NCBI RefSeq assembly: GCF_006345805.1
Contig: NW_021833640.1
Span: 1-57,203, forward strand
Source: Octopus sinensis
Lineage: Eukaryota
Direction: 5' to 3'
Length of the DNA stretch: 57,203 nucleotides
Shown here: positions 32,901 through 47,095 of the stretch, piece after piece
How the letters are laid out: the number at the start of each line of letters is the position of its first letter
Numbering within the stretch: position 1 is the stretch's first letter
The notes under the pieces: generated by a model
Seen by the model: the letters and a program-made list of their open reading frames with translations, nothing else
What the model was told of the DNA's origin: nothing
The model's database searches: none
Program-made: the position numbers and the translations under genes

Positions 32901-34674
32901 CCCTTATCTTTTATTTGTTGAAGACTTAGTATAAAGTTTTATGCTATTCCAAATCTATTTTTAGTTGTATCTTATAATCACTGTCTCTGCTATGTTCAAG
33001 TTTTCGACCTCAGTTGACCGATCGCTAATGTTTTGAGTCAAATACATTTAGCACATCATTTTGCTGATGTTCTTCAACACATTCTAGTTGTCGTTATAAT
33101 TTGATTTCATTATTTCCAAGCATTCCGTTTTTAGTGATATCGGTTGATCCGTTGTTTGCTATCATTTTATGTTTCCTGTCTTCGTCTTGAATTTTTGTTC
33201 TATTTCCTCTATTAAAACGTATATTAGCTTTTTGTCACAACTTTTATTTTCTCTGTATTATCTTTTAGAGCTTGTTGGCGATATTCTTCTTTTCAAAAAA
33301 ATTGATGAAAGCTGACCCAAATATCTATCGATTTTATTTCACTTGTACCTCTCCCCTCTTCATTTATTCATTTCCAGTTCACGTATTTATATTTAGAATT
33401 TTATATTGAACAATTAGAAATCTAATATAAAACAAGTACGCCTTCAGAATATAGCAGATCATTGATATCAAGTGATGCTGGGCTATATTGTCTCCATGAT
33501 ATTAGCATTTCTTACAACCAAATACAATTTGCACTTCGCAATTCCCTTTAATGATGGTAGCCTTATTCGGATGATAGGTTAATTTTTATTTCTTTTTCCG
33601 TCAATCATTCACAGTTCAGAAATAAAGAAAAATCTATATATAAAAAACCAATTTTCTTTCTTTCGTTTGCACTCTTATTTTAACAATAGTTTTTCGTTTC
33701 TATAACATCCAAAGTTTCAATACAGAACAATCTTTTTTGTGCGTGTGCGAAGGAGGGTGATGACGTTTTTTTTTTGTACCATTCCAGAGAGGCATAATAA
33801 GTTCTGGGCTTGGATACGCTTCAATTGTATAAAAATATATTAAATTTTGCAAAAGCAGGCTCGAGTGAGCAAACACAAAACAGTTTGTGGAGGATTGTAC
33901 TTTGCTTTACAGGGTACGACAGAAATTTCGTCCATTGGTTTTTCTACCGCACCCTACTGTTAATGAAGAAAGGCAGGTTGTAGCGGTGTCTATGTTATTA
34001 ATGTTTTATCGGTTTTTTGGGGGGTTTTTTTGTTTATTTGCTCTTTTCTTTAATTACCATCATGGTTTTGACCAGTACACACTGAGCATTTCCAGCTGAA
34101 ATGCGCATTGCAATTATTTTCCCTCTGTATATACAATTTTTCAAATCGTTTAACGACTCCCTATGCAAAATATACACGCAGCTGTTATTCCTGTGATTTC
34201 CCTAGAGTACGCCTAATTACCAATATATTTTCTTCGTTATCCAAAGTGATTCTATGACGACAGAGACTGTATCCTTGAATTCTTGTCATTTATATAAGAT
34301 ATCAATTAGTATGAGTGTTATTCTATGACTGTCAGATGCTGTAATTTTGACGTTTGATGTGCTCATATATATTTCTCAAATTTATAATGATGCATTTTGC
34401 ATTTTCAGCGTTAGCTTTTTTATAAAGCCTCATATATGTCTCAGTGAAAGCCATCCTTCACATTTATGGTGATAAGCAGTCTTGATTAATATTTTTATTT
34501 CTAACATGGATATCAGGCAGCACATTTGCGAGAGAGATAAAGGGGATCCCTAGTATATCAATTTGGATAAGTTTTTCATTACTCAAGCAAGATGTTGATA
34601 ATGATGAACTACAAGATAAAAGATAATGTTGTCGGTCTTTCCAGTAACTCTCATTCCATTATGCATACATATAT

Positions 34675-34934
34675 ATTCTTTTATTCTTTTACTTGTTTCA
34701 GTCATTTAACTGCGGTCATTCTGGAGCACCACCTTTAGTCGAGCAAATTGACGCCGGGACTTATCATTTGTAAGCCTGATACTTATTCTATCGGTATCTT
34801 ACGCCGAACCACTACGTTACGGGGACGTAAAAAATCCAGCATCGGTTGTCAAATGATGTTGGGGGGACAAACACAAACACACAAACATACACACACATGC
34901 ACACACACACACACACATACATACATACTTACAT

Positions 34935-34999
<65 letters not shown>

Positions 35000-35154
35000 G
35001 ACACGCTTCTTTCAGTTTCCCTCTACCAATTCCACTCACAAGGTTTTGGTCGGCCCGAGGATATGGTAGAAAACACTTGCCCAAGATTCCACACTGTGGG
35101 ACTGAACCGGAAACGTGGGGTTGGTAAGCAAGCCAGTTAAAACACACCCACTCC
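34675..35154 (-). mobile_element. SINE family A
   Basis: Matches 16374-16790. Confidence 0.85.
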
Positions 35155-35879
35155 TATATATATATTTATATAATATATTTCATAAATATATATATGTATA
35201 AGTATGCTTGCACACATATATTCATGTGCCCCAAATCGTGTATCAGTAATTGTTAATTTGACAATTTATCAAGTATACAATAGCAAATATACAACGTTGT
35301 GTCATTGTGTAAATAAAGTAATAATCTACATAAATTTTATAACCGCTACGTCCCGTTCTGCCACCCCAGAACCATGTCCTTCGAAAGTCCACACTTAACC
35401 ATATCTTTCATGCAGATTTTGACTTACAACATTTATAGCGAACTTTAAACAACATCAGTTCTGTAATATCTCAGTAAGCCCCACTGCGGTACAAATCTTA
35501 TTGACTATAACTTTCTTTTCCCATTGCACTGATGCTGGCTTTCAGTAAGCTTGGAGATATTGGAGTGTTCTGCTACGCCAATAGTTTTAACAATGAATGC
35601 GTATATTTTCCGCTACAGTGGAGAAAGTAGTGAGATATCAATAAAAGCAAACTTGCTGCCATTATTGATATCTTATCCCTGATGGAATTCCAGATCTCGA
35701 ATTCTTCCATATAACCCGGAATAGTGTTTGGGCTAAACTTAAATTTACTGACATTGCTGAAATTACACCACTGTTAACAATTGTTATGATTAAGTAATGT
35801 TTGTACGAACAAAACTTTAAAAAAAGATACTTCCAATATTGATTTCTGGTGTTAACACAGGCCTTAATTTTTGGTAAAC

Positions 35880-36200
35880 GGTAAAGTCGATTAAATCGAT
35901 AACAGTTCTACACTGATATTCTATGTTATCGATCCTGAAAGGAGGAAAAGCAAGTAGAAGTTCGGGGAAATTTGAACTCAGAACGTAAACGGGATATAAT
36001 TTAATTCTGCAAGACTACCTATCCTATTATCCTACCGACCTTTTTGCCTTTCTTAATGTTCTTTCTACTATAGGCACAAGGCCGGAAATTTTTGAAAGGT
36101 AAAGGCCACCTCGATTAAATTTGAACTCAGAACGTAAAACCGGAAGAAACGCCATAAAGCATTTTGTTCGACACGCTAATGATTCTGCCAGCTCACCGCT
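35880..36200 (-). mobile_element. Degenerate SINE family C fragments
   Basis: atcgatcctgaaagg, tttgaactcagaacgtaaa and gattctgccagctcaccg motifs. Confidence 0.6.
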
Positions 36201-37750
36201 TTACCTCTTTTAATATCGGACCCATAAACTGTTTAACTGCATCGCTGAATTCAACCCATTTATAACGTCATACACAGTATTTTTGTTAAAAGATATTACA
36301 TCTAAAAAAAAATCTACTTTTGTTAAAAGTGGATTCGTTTCAACATCGCGATACAGTATTGGGAATCTTTCCTGGGATCTAAGAAAAAAATCTATATAAT
36401 GCTCTATATACACTACATTCATGTTCTTGTCAATGTACCTAGGAACGGGCAATATTCTATTCTTCAACATGTCAAATGTTTCAATTACATGAACTGTTTG
36501 GTTAGAGATAAGGAAAGTAATACGATCGTTTCCACTTACCTACATAACTGAATCAATCTCTATTCATATATATGTGTGCGTGTAAGTTCTCTTTTCTTTA
36601 AACGTAAAAGAAAGTAAAGGCAATTTCTTTGAATAGTTAAGCAAACACTGCCCAAGCCTCCACCTTGTAAGACCATCTTCAACGGAAATTGATTTTTAGT
36701 GATATATGGTTGAACCAGGAGCATTAAAATATTTTAACCATTAAACCTTATGCCTATAGTTGTTGAGTGCACTTATCTACGCTTGAAACTTCAAAGACAG
36801 TTATGTATAAAACTGGGGTGAATTCTAAAAGCAAGAACGGGAAAACTAAAATAAAAAAAATATTGGGATGACTTGAGGAACATTCAAATAAAGACGTGCT
36901 AGTCATACTACTTTGTTTAGAGATTAAGAGAAACAAAACTAGCTCTAATGAAATATGTGTGGCTACTTAAAGCCAACAACACTGATTACAAAATTTAGGG
37001 AATGAGATATATAAGCAGACGATGCAGCAATGGAGTTAACAGATCCCCACAGTGATACACTGTTACACACTACAAAAACCCACTCATATTTGAACGCCCG
37101 TTTGGAACTTGTAGACATTACACAGAGTTTTCTTGAAATTCTGGCATCCTACAAATGTTCCTAATTAATCATAACTCTTGAACTTTCGGATTAGGACTTA
37201 CCAAGAATTAATAAATTTTTCATTTATTCGAAATGCATATAAATTATATCTAATTACAGTATATTTAATTTTAAAGTTTTTTTAGTGTTTTCTTCTTTTT
37301 AAAGCATTGTAAATCAGTAAACTTTTAGTTTAGAGCTGGCGCCTTCCAGTCTTAAATGCAGCCATTTAGATTTAATTTTCCATTTGCTTGAGAACATTTA
37401 TTGCTTATTTTCGTTTATTATTAAAATAAATTTCATAACTAAAGAAATTGGCTTCTACAATTATCCCTGTTCCGCCTTTAAGGTTGTTCATTATAATTAC
37501 ATTTATCATGTAGAACTTTCGAAAAATCCTCTGAAGGTCATGACAGAAGTCTCCATCATATTTAACATGAGTAGTTATTATGTGAATTTCATCGAAAGAC
37601 TCGAATTCCAATATATTAATTAATATCGTTTATTGGAACTCAAATTATAAACTGTTAAATGTCCTCATACCCTATTATTAAGACATTAAACTAGCATATT
37701 CACTCCCGATGTGCTAAAAAGGAGAACTTAATCTCCTTCGGATAATAATC

Positions 37751-37789
<39 letters not shown>

Positions 37790-38262
37790 ACACGCGCGTG
37801 TATGTGTAATTAAATAAGTAAATACCAAGGAACAGGAAATCATGCTAAGAACTTGGTTAACTGACAACTGTTTCTGCAACACGATGCAATGCCCTTAGCT
37901 CTGAGCGCACTGTATAGAGTGCATCTTTTAGCAGAAACGGCTGTAAGTTAATGAAGTTCATTACATAATTTCCTGCCCACATTTCATTTATTCAGTTTCA
38001 TACTACGCTCTGTAGTCGACTAACGCTTATGTATATTGAGATACATATGTATATTGAGATCTAATACCAGGTTTTTAGTATCACTATGCCTAAGCGATAT
38101 GTTCATGTCGAACGAATGAGAGAGATGTGATCGATATATATTGAAGTGGGGCGGGGGTGGTATAGTTAACTATGTTGACTTTTTGTAAAACAGAAGTGTT
38201 TTAACCCAACATTTTTACGCTATTGTTTATAGTTTTTTCTATTCCGAGTTCAACTGCTAAAG

Positions 38263-38363
<101 letters not shown>

Positions 38364-38372
38364 CATGTATAT

Positions 38373-38422
<50 letters not shown>

Positions 38423-38507
38423 CATGTTTTCATATGCACATGTCTATACAAGTATTCATATATACATGTATTCATATACGTATATAGGCACACGCACACA
38501 CACACAC

Positions 38508-38546
<39 letters not shown>

Positions 38547-40364
38547 GATATATATATATATATATACATACATAATGCATATCCACATAAAGTAGAAGTA
38601 TTGTTTTTGTTGTTTTTGCGGTAAGAAGACAGTATGGAAGTAGAATAGTTCCAAATGAGAATTATTAAGATAGAAGTAAAATGAAAATGAGAAGTATTAG
38701 GAGGTGTTTATCAGTCTGCCCCAACGAAAAGTGGAACAGTGAATGAGTTTGAGCTCGAAGTTTTACTTTCAATATTTCCATTTAAAAGGAAAGCTACAAA
38801 CTTCCTGGAATAATGATAATTACATGTAAATCTTACAAAATTTTATAAATAATATTGAAGTAGTTTCGTCAATATCGTAACATCATTTTTAATTAAATTC
38901 CTAAGACTACCATTGAGCTGTTTGGCATTACTGACTGACACAGGTCGCATCGATTTACTGTCATCAGCCTTAATTATGGAAGGATATCAAAGATATAATC
39001 GAAAATGTAAATAATTTTATTATGGAATATTTCCGTTCTTTAAATACTTTCATTATGAAATGCCAAGATTAAATTTAAAAGTAATCAATAAAGATAATAT
39101 AAAAGAAAAGTCATGAAACTGGATATAACTCGGAAATATGAGTTAAAATATTGTCATATGCTTCACCCACTGATCGTCCATATATTTGACGCCATGTGAA
39201 TTCAAATCTAACTCACGTTAGAGAAAACTGTTTTGATTTACTAAAATTGCTGGAGTAGCATTATTTCTCTGTCTAAGGTATCAATCACCGTCTGTGTATT
39301 GAATATATTGCATACCGAAATAACGCTGACAGAATACTGAAGTATTTAAAAGAACGGAAATATTCGATAATGGAACCATTTACATTTTCAATTATGTCTT
39401 CGATGGCCTCCCATAGTTAGGGTTGTGGGCAGTAAATCGATGGGATCTAAGTTTGCCTGTGGCGTCAAAAGTTCACAGGACAAGTAAAAGTTATATGTCA
39501 TAAGTTAAAAGCTGTCATTTTTGACAGAAGTGTCTATGTTTATATATGCATACATACATGGTTGGGCGAGTAAGAACCATTTCCTAATCTCAGTAAGTCT
39601 TTAGGAATTTTCATACAAGTTTACCTTCTCCTAGAAGGAAGATCTAACGCGAACTAAGAGTCTTTCATTCCCAGTGGCTCCCATAGTAACTAACCCATAG
39701 CTGGGACACTTACAGTTGCTTCTACTTCGAGTCAGAGAAGACCAGAGAACACTAATGGTAACGAGATGGTTCCACACTCCCCAAAACCCTGGTACTGCCG
39801 TGCTAAGACCCCATTACCAGATGCAGTTTAATTCATAACCAGGATATACACACGTACACACACACACACATATATATTTATTGCATGTGTGGTGTGTGTG
39901 TGTGTGTATAACAAATGAAAGACAGGAGATGGAATATACGAGAATTTATTAATAATCACGACAGTTGTTTCGACACATCTAGCATCGATTCCTCTTGGAT
40001 GATACACTCAACAACTGGTTCAGGAGCATCCAGTGGTGCAGATGTATCTCGTCGGGTGATAAATAAATAAAAACAACTCTTTAAAATGACTGTTCCACAA
40101 AGTGACTTTCCGTTTTGTAGAGAGAAAAACAGCCAGATAGAGGAAAAATATTCATATATATAAATCAAAAATAAAATTGCAGATGGCAAAAAGAGAAACG
40201 AACACGCAATCCAGCGAGAAATGTATGTATATAAATATATAGATTTTTCAAAGTGGGGTACAGATTTTATGTACTAAGAAAGAGGAGGTAGTCAGGGTTT
40301 GGATACAAATTATTTATTTTACGCTATCGTTTTTTTTTCTTCTGAGATTCAAAACCAATACATA

Positions 40365-40690
40365 TAACGAACCACTGATCTCAAACTGAGACCAATAGTT
40401 GTTGGGTCACAATCCCTAACACAACTACTAGCCAACAATTCTCACTACCGATGGGCAAGAATCCATATACAAGACATCCAACAAAAAGAATTGTGCAACA
40501 ACTTTCCGCTGAACAAATATCTGGAAATATGCGGAAACAGCAGATTCAAGACTTTTCTTTTCTACAAATGCCCAAGGGATAATACAAAATACCGAAAAGC
40601 AATGGAACTACAAAAAAAATATCTTACCAAGATTAAAGGTGTAAAAATATATTTATCAAAAATGAGAAATGTCTTTTTTAAACAATGTAG
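40365..40690 (+). pseudogene. Penelope-like element RT fragment
   Basis: PTDLKLRPIVVGSQSLTQLLA resembles the PLE RT motif LRPIVxG...T; degenerate. Confidence 0.5.
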
Positions 40691-40692
40691 TA

Positions 40693-40965
40693 GGCGCAAT
40701 GGTCCAGTGGTTATGGCAGCAGACTCGCGGTCGGAGGATCGTGATTTCGATTCCCAGACCGGGCGTTGTGTGTGTTTATTGAGCGAAAACACCTAAAGCT
40801 CCACGAGGCTCCGGAAGGGGTGGTGGTGACCTCTGTTGTACTCTTTCGCCCCAAGTTTCTCTCACTCTTTCTTCCTGTTTCTTGAGTAACGCTGCGATGG
40901 ACTGGCGGCCCCGTCTAGCTGGGGGGAACACATACGCCATGAGCCTGGCTAGGCTTGAAAAGGGC
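40693..40965 (+). mobile_element. SINE with family B head and V-domain-like 3' part
   Basis: Identical to family B up to cttcctgtttc (~40881), then ctgcgatggactggcggccccgtctag, resembling the V-SINE core. Confidence 0.7.
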
Positions 40966-41681
40966 AAAAACAAGGAGAGAAAAAAGTAATGAAATGTAGA
41001 GTCGACATCGGCGCGACTCGAACTTTGAACATTAAAGATATGCTATTAAATATATTTCGGTGGCACATACATTAACACATTCACCTGTGACGTACCGAAA
41101 AGGTTATGTAGTTTTGCACTGAACAGTTAGAATGTTTTATTAAAGCTGTTCTGACAAAACCTCAACATATTTCATGATATCTGCATTAAACTCGGGTCAT
41201 GAATGATGTAAAAAACACCATCTTATCTATACATAAACGCGCTGACAGTAAATATTGCTAAACAGCTTATCTCTCAGCCAATAAATGAAACATAAAATCC
41301 ATTCTATAAATTCACACTTCTTTATATACAATATAAGAGCTATTTTCGTTTGTTTTGTTTTTATTCCAGCCACGGCCTTAAGGGTCAATCATTAGTGAAC
41401 ATTATTTCTTTATCTCTCGTAAGAAGTTATATATGATCAAAAAAATATTTGGATGTAGAAAATGTTTAAATTATTGTTAGATTTCCCTTAAGCTATAAAA
41501 ACGAGATATGTCAGTCGTTTGCTCAGAGCTTTTGCATTACAATGTACAGTTGTACAAGTACTTAGCCAATCCGATTATTACATCATTTTAGTTTGCCTCC
41601 TGGTGACTTATGTAAAGATTGGAGATTATAAACACTCATATATATATAATATATATATACATACATACATACATATAATAT

Positions 41682-41808
<127 letters not shown>

Positions 41809-42085
41809 CGTGTTTCTGTGTGTGAGTGCCTGCGAGTATTTACGTATATACATACATACGTGTGTGTGTGTGTTGTTCATTATATGCGATATAAGCCGTA
41901 TCTGTTCAGTACAGCGATCTGTATATCTTATTAAATGTGGATATACTGCTCTGAGAAAGCAATAATACTGCGGTTGGTTTTATACCTTTGGACGAGATGC
42001 CTTTTCAAAATTAATAACACATTATTGGGACTTCCTTATACAATATTTTCCATGTTCTCGTTAAGACATATAAGATATACAGATC

Positions 42086-42117
<32 letters not shown>

Positions 42118-42757
42118 TGTTGAGCAAAATATTTCATCTTACGTCGCCCCTGTTCATTTAACTGTGAATAGGTACTTCTCATTCGGGTGGAATGATATAA
42201 TTTGGGTAACCTATGCACCATGAAAACCAGGAAATCGTCCCTATGAATCCTAAAACTCGAGAGAGTAATGTAAGGGCTTTGATTACGGTAATTCTTTCAC
42301 TGGCATTTTCCCAACGCTCCCTTTCTAGTGCTTTTGGTTGCCAACATTGCAGAATCCTCAAGTTGGAGCCAAGGTATTGTCGATTAACTCAACACCAATA
42401 TTTTGCTGATAATTTTGAGTGGTACTTTATTTTACCGATCTTGGAGAAATGAAAAACGATGTTGACAACTGTGGTGTATTATTGTTCGTTATCTACTAAC
42501 GACCAGAAGCTGTCATCAATGAACTAGGCAAATACTAATGCAAACTTGTTCAGATCCGCTCCATTCTCAACCAAAAAATCCATAAATATTTTAATTCTCA
42601 CTGATAAATTTATCTGCTTGGATTTATAATAACATTAAACTTAAGTAATTTTTGAAGAAGTTCTCTTAGCTCTTAGATATTCCAATGCTGTCAGCACAAC
42701 GATCAAGCATTCCAATTACTCACTTTCTTCTTAGCTCCTCTCGAGCCGATTCCCATC

Positions 42758-43494
42758 GCTATCATATCATCTCGGAACGTAGTGCGCCACGTCTATCTTT
42801 GCCTTCCACTCGAAGCAGACTGTGAAAATTAATATATAATTGTTGTCTAGTCCCAGATCATATCTGATTTCTCAAACCTATTATCAAAGTCATCCACAGA
42901 AATATTGATTAATAAATATTTCATTTCTTATGGTTGGGTTGGGTTGGATTTGAGGGAGGTTTTGTTTCTATTTCCAGCAAGTGGGAAAAAACTATCCAGA
43001 AAAGTTTTCTTCTCAACATTATTTGTACATCTGTGAACGATAATATTTTTTTATCTAAGACTATATTTTCAAGCGACAGTAATAATAGGTTAAAAATTGC
43101 TGGAAATAGCGATAAAGCATTGCTATCATATCATCTCGGAACGCACAGCATAACGTCTACGTTTGTTTTCCACTCGTAGTAGGTTGTGAAAAATTAATGC
43201 AGTAATTACAGCTTTAATTTTTCACAATCAGATCATATCTGATTGTGCAAACCTATGATCGAAATCATCCACGGTACTATTAATTGATTTGTCTTTCCTT
43301 TCTTAAGAAGGTAGGGTTGTAATTTGAGGGAGATTTTGTTCCTGCTTCCAGCGAGTAGGAGAATCATATAGAGAAGGTCTATTTTCAACATTATTTGTAC
43401 ATCCGCGAACGATAATATTTTTATCTAAGAGTTTATCTTCGAGCTGAACAATGAGAGTAATAATAGGCTAAAAATTGCTGGCAGTAGCGATAAA
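42758..43494. repeat. Old tandem duplication, period ~364 bp
   Basis: Both units begin gctatcatatcatctcggaacg (42758, 43122) and end ...aaaattgctgg..tagcgataaa. Confidence 0.85.
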
Positions 43495-44099
43495 CCAAAC
43501 GGAAACAATATTCATACATTCCAAATGGTGCATTACTAATAGTTATTTTGACACTTTATCTATAATGCGTTTGCAAATATGCAACATTAGATCATTTGGT
43601 AAATAAAGTAAGGATCCACTTGCACTCTGTAATGTGAGCAAGTTTCACTGCGGTACATATCTTATTGACTATAACTTTCTCTTCTCACTGCTTTAATACC
43701 GGCTTTACGTCAGCCAGGAGATATTGCAATATTCGACAGCGCCAAAAGTTTTAACGATAAATACGTATCTCTTTCAGTACACTGGAGAAACTAGTAAGAT
43801 ATCAATAAAAGCAAACTTGTTGTCATTATTGATAGTTTTTCCCCTGATAGAATAATATAAGATCTCGAATCGTTTCATGTACTTGAAATTGTGTTTGGGC
43901 TAAAAATTAATCTTAAGTATTCTCGGACAGCAGAGAATGTATTGTCTATAACAATTGTTGTATGCAAATAACGTACATACTAGTAAAAAGTTTGGAAAAT
44001 AGCTTTACAATAACACAACGCCAGTAATTTCGGGAGATGGGGGTAAATCAATTATATCGGCTCCAGTGATTTGAACCTAAGCTTTATACTAATATTGGT

Positions 44100-44725
44100 T
44101 CCAAATTTTGGCACAGGACCAGTAGGTTGGCGGGAGAGAATAAGTCGATTACATCAACCCCAGAGTTCAACTGGTACTTAATTTATCTACCTCGCAAAGA
44201 TGAAAAGCAAAGCCGACCTCGGTTGAATTTGAAAGCAAAACGTGAAGACCGACGAAACACTGGTAAGCATTTGCATGGTGTGCTGACGATTCTACCAGCT
44301 CGGAACACTTCTATATAATAGTGTTGATTTCAAATTTTGGCACAAGGCCAGCAACTTTGGGGGATGAGTAAGACGATTATATAGACTCCGGCGTTTAACT
44401 GGCACTTATTTTATCGATCCCGAGAGGATTAAAAGCAAAGTTGACCTCGGCAGAATTTGAACTCGGAACGTAAAGACGGACGAAATAATCGCTAAGCTAA
44501 CGGTTCTGCTAGCTCACCGCCCTCTTCTTATAAAGATATTCTTTTCTACTGTAGGCACAAGGCCCGAAATTTTGGGGAGGGGCAACTGGTACTTAATTTA
44601 TCGACCCCGAAAGGATGAAAGGCAAACTCGATATCGGCGGAATTTTAACTCAAAGCGTAAAGACGGACGAAATGCTGCTATGCATTTTGCCCGGCGCGCT
44701 AACGGTTCTGCCAGTTCGCCGCCTT
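44100..44725 (-). mobile_element. Cluster of three degenerate SINE family C copies
   Basis: Three ctggtacttaatttatc(g)acc/gaaag modules ending in ccagctc/ccagttcgcc heads. Confidence 0.75.
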
Positions 44726-44755
44726 CTTCTTTATAGTAATATTGAATTCTATCAA

Positions 44756-45180
44756 AGCGGCGAGCTGGCAGAAACGTTAGCACGCCGGGTGAAATGCTTT
44801 GTGGTATTTCGTCCGCCGATACGTTCTGAGTTCAAATTCCGCCGAGGTTGACTTTGCCTTTCATCATTTCGGGGTCGATTAAATAAGTACCAGTTACGCC
44901 TGGGGTCGGTGTAATCGACGTAATCCGTTTGTCTGTTCTTGTTTGTCCCCTCTATGTTTAGCCCCTTGTGTGCAATAAAGAAGTAAGTATTTCGTCTGTC
45001 TTTACGTTCTGAGTTCAAATTCCGCCGAGGTCGACTTTGCCTTTCATCCTTTCGGGCTCGATAGATTAAGTACCAGTTGCGTACTGCGGTCGATCTAATC
45101 GATTGCCCCCCCCCCTCCCCAACAATTTCAGGCCTTGTTCCTAGAGTAGAAAAGAATATCTAATTCTATCATTGACACAA
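44756..45180 (+). mobile_element. SINE family C dimer (head-body-tail1-body-tail2)
   Basis: ggcgagctggcagaaacgttagc head; second body starts at gtatttcgtctg after tail 1. Confidence 0.85.
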
Positions 45181-45251
45181 GGCTACAAAAAATAGCGGCA
45201 GGGAAGTATTGTCCATTGAATGAACACCATTATTATTATTTCAGTACTGCC

Positions 45252-45650
45252 AGGCAGTGAGCTGGAAGAAATCGTTAGCACGCCGGGCGAAATGCTTAGC
45301 GGTATTTCGTCTGCGTTACGTTGTGAGTTCAAATTCCGCCGAGGTCGACTTTGCCTTTCATCCTTTCGGGGTCGATAAATTAAGTACCAGTTACGCACTG
45401 GGGTCGATGTAATCGACTTAATACCTATGTCTGTCCTTGTTTGTCCCCTCTGTGTTTAGCCCCTTGTGGGTAATAAAGAAATAGGTATTTCGTCTGAGTT
45501 CAAATTCCGCCGAGGTCGACTTACATCCTTTCGGGGTCGATTAAATCAACTTAATCCGTTTGTCTGTCCTTGTTTGTCCTCTCTGTGTTTAGCACCTTGT
45601 GGGTAGTAAATAAATAGATATTTCGTCTGCCGTTACGTTCTGAGTTTCAA
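45252..45650 (+). mobile_element. SINE family C multimer
   Basis: Tail-1/body junction aaataggtatttcgtctg repeated at ~45480 and ~45615. Confidence 0.8.
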
Positions 45651-45699
45651 TATCAGCAAAGACAATAAAAATAATAACCTGAAACGGATTCGCGAAGGC

Positions 45700-46740
45700 A
45701 TGTAGAAAACTTGAGGTAGATTATTTATCGGATCGTGATCTAAGGATCGCAAAAACTCACCTTATTAAAAATGGTAGAATAATTTAGCTCAACATAACTT
45801 AGCAAATTCAAGAATTAACCTTAAAGAAAATGGCAATATGTAAATGTATTGAGACTAAAACAAGATAACTTGACCAAGCGACGCAGGCTCAGACTGAAAA
45901 GTGCCTTAAATCAAATAGGAGCATAAATGTCTTCGCAGCTTGAAGAAGACGTTTGAGATAAGATTTCGTACCGAAGCAGAAGCAAAGGAAACTTCGACAG
46001 CACTGTTAAAGAATGATGAATTCCTCTTGATTCCAACATACTTTAGTCGGAGAGCCAGAAAAATAAAGGTAGCTGATGTAGCACCAGATGAAAACTCCTC
46101 CTTGTTCATGACAGCTGTGTTATATGACATAGAAAATGAAACCGGTATTTTGCAAGTTTGAGTAAGGAAAATTGGTCAGGCACATTATTGGAACTATTAC
46201 TGTAAACAGACCAAGATATATGGACGCCATCCTTCATTTGACCAAGCTCTCAGCTGAGGACAGAAGGCCGAGCTGCCATATATGAATGAACTGAAACCAT
46301 TTAAATCCACTGCAAACGAAAGCAGTAGGAAGATCCCCTCTGTCACCAATGCCATCATTTCAACAACAACAGCAATACTAACAGCAACATCACCAAGAAT
46401 AACAGCACAAAAAGGTACAACAACAGAAAGACACTCAGCGACAACAGTAGCAGACACCAACACCAGAATCCAGAGAAATATATCGACCACAAACTAAATA
46501 GATTTTTTTATCTACGAGTCGATCCATCTACAAACATAAAAAGGGATATTAAATTGTACAGACATACCTTTTTCCCTGTTACAGATTTCTCTGAGTGTGA
46601 AAATTCATTTTGCAATGGAATCAGTTTGAAAGGCTTACCAGAATAGATACTTGTCAAGTGGAACTGAAAAAATGGAAAACGCAAAATGTTGTAGCAGAGA
46701 AAAACGAAATTTTTTTGACACACGCGCACGCGGAATTGAC
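45700..46740 (+). pseudogene. Third, decayed member of the ORF1 family
   Basis: QTEKCL (45896), TFEIRFRTEAEAKETSTALL..FLLIPTYFSRR..KVADV, EDRRPSCHI knuckle remnant, ELKKWKTQNVVAEKNEIFL; colinear with the 468-aa ORF. Confidence 0.65.
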
Positions 46741-46899
46741 AATGGACACCGGAGACTGTGCATAAGCGTTGCTTTCTCTTAAAATGTTGAAGAGTTGCGC
46801 AACATTTAACAACCTCTACTCATCAGAAAACAAATAATCTCCAAGGTACATCCATAGACAGACAGATATGCAGTAGAGCGTGGAACGAAAATAGAGAAA

Positions 46900-47095
46900 G
46901 ATATTGGTTCCAAATTTCGGCATAAGGCCTGTAATTTCAGGGGAGGAGTAAGTCCAGTGATCAAGTGATACTTATTTTATCGATCTCGAAAAGATGAAAG
47001 GCAAAGTCAACCTCGGCGGAACTTGAACTCAGAACATAAAGATGGACGAAATGCCGCTAAGCATTTTGCCCGGCGTGCTAATGATTCTGTCAGCT
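46900..47095 (-). mobile_element. SINE family C
   Basis: aaaggcaaagtcaacctcggcggaacttgaactcagaac...gcccggcgtgctaatgattctg. Confidence 0.75.

Noticed and set aside
36210-36470. ILYRDVETNPLL, resembling the 2A-like DVExNPGP motif of some LINEs
   Set aside because: The essential GP is missing and no adjacent endonuclease sequence is recognisable.
36700-37620. Possible Penelope RT (plus, YKQT.AAM) or Merlin/ISXO2 transposase (minus, LKGGTGIIVEAN) relic
   Set aside because: The two readings conflict and each rests on one short degenerate motif; needs a profile search.
42520-42700. Minus-strand FLVENGADLNK and ELLQKLLKFNVIIN, ankyrin-like
   Set aside because: The segments are in different frames with stops, lack the TPLH motif, and have weak splice signals.
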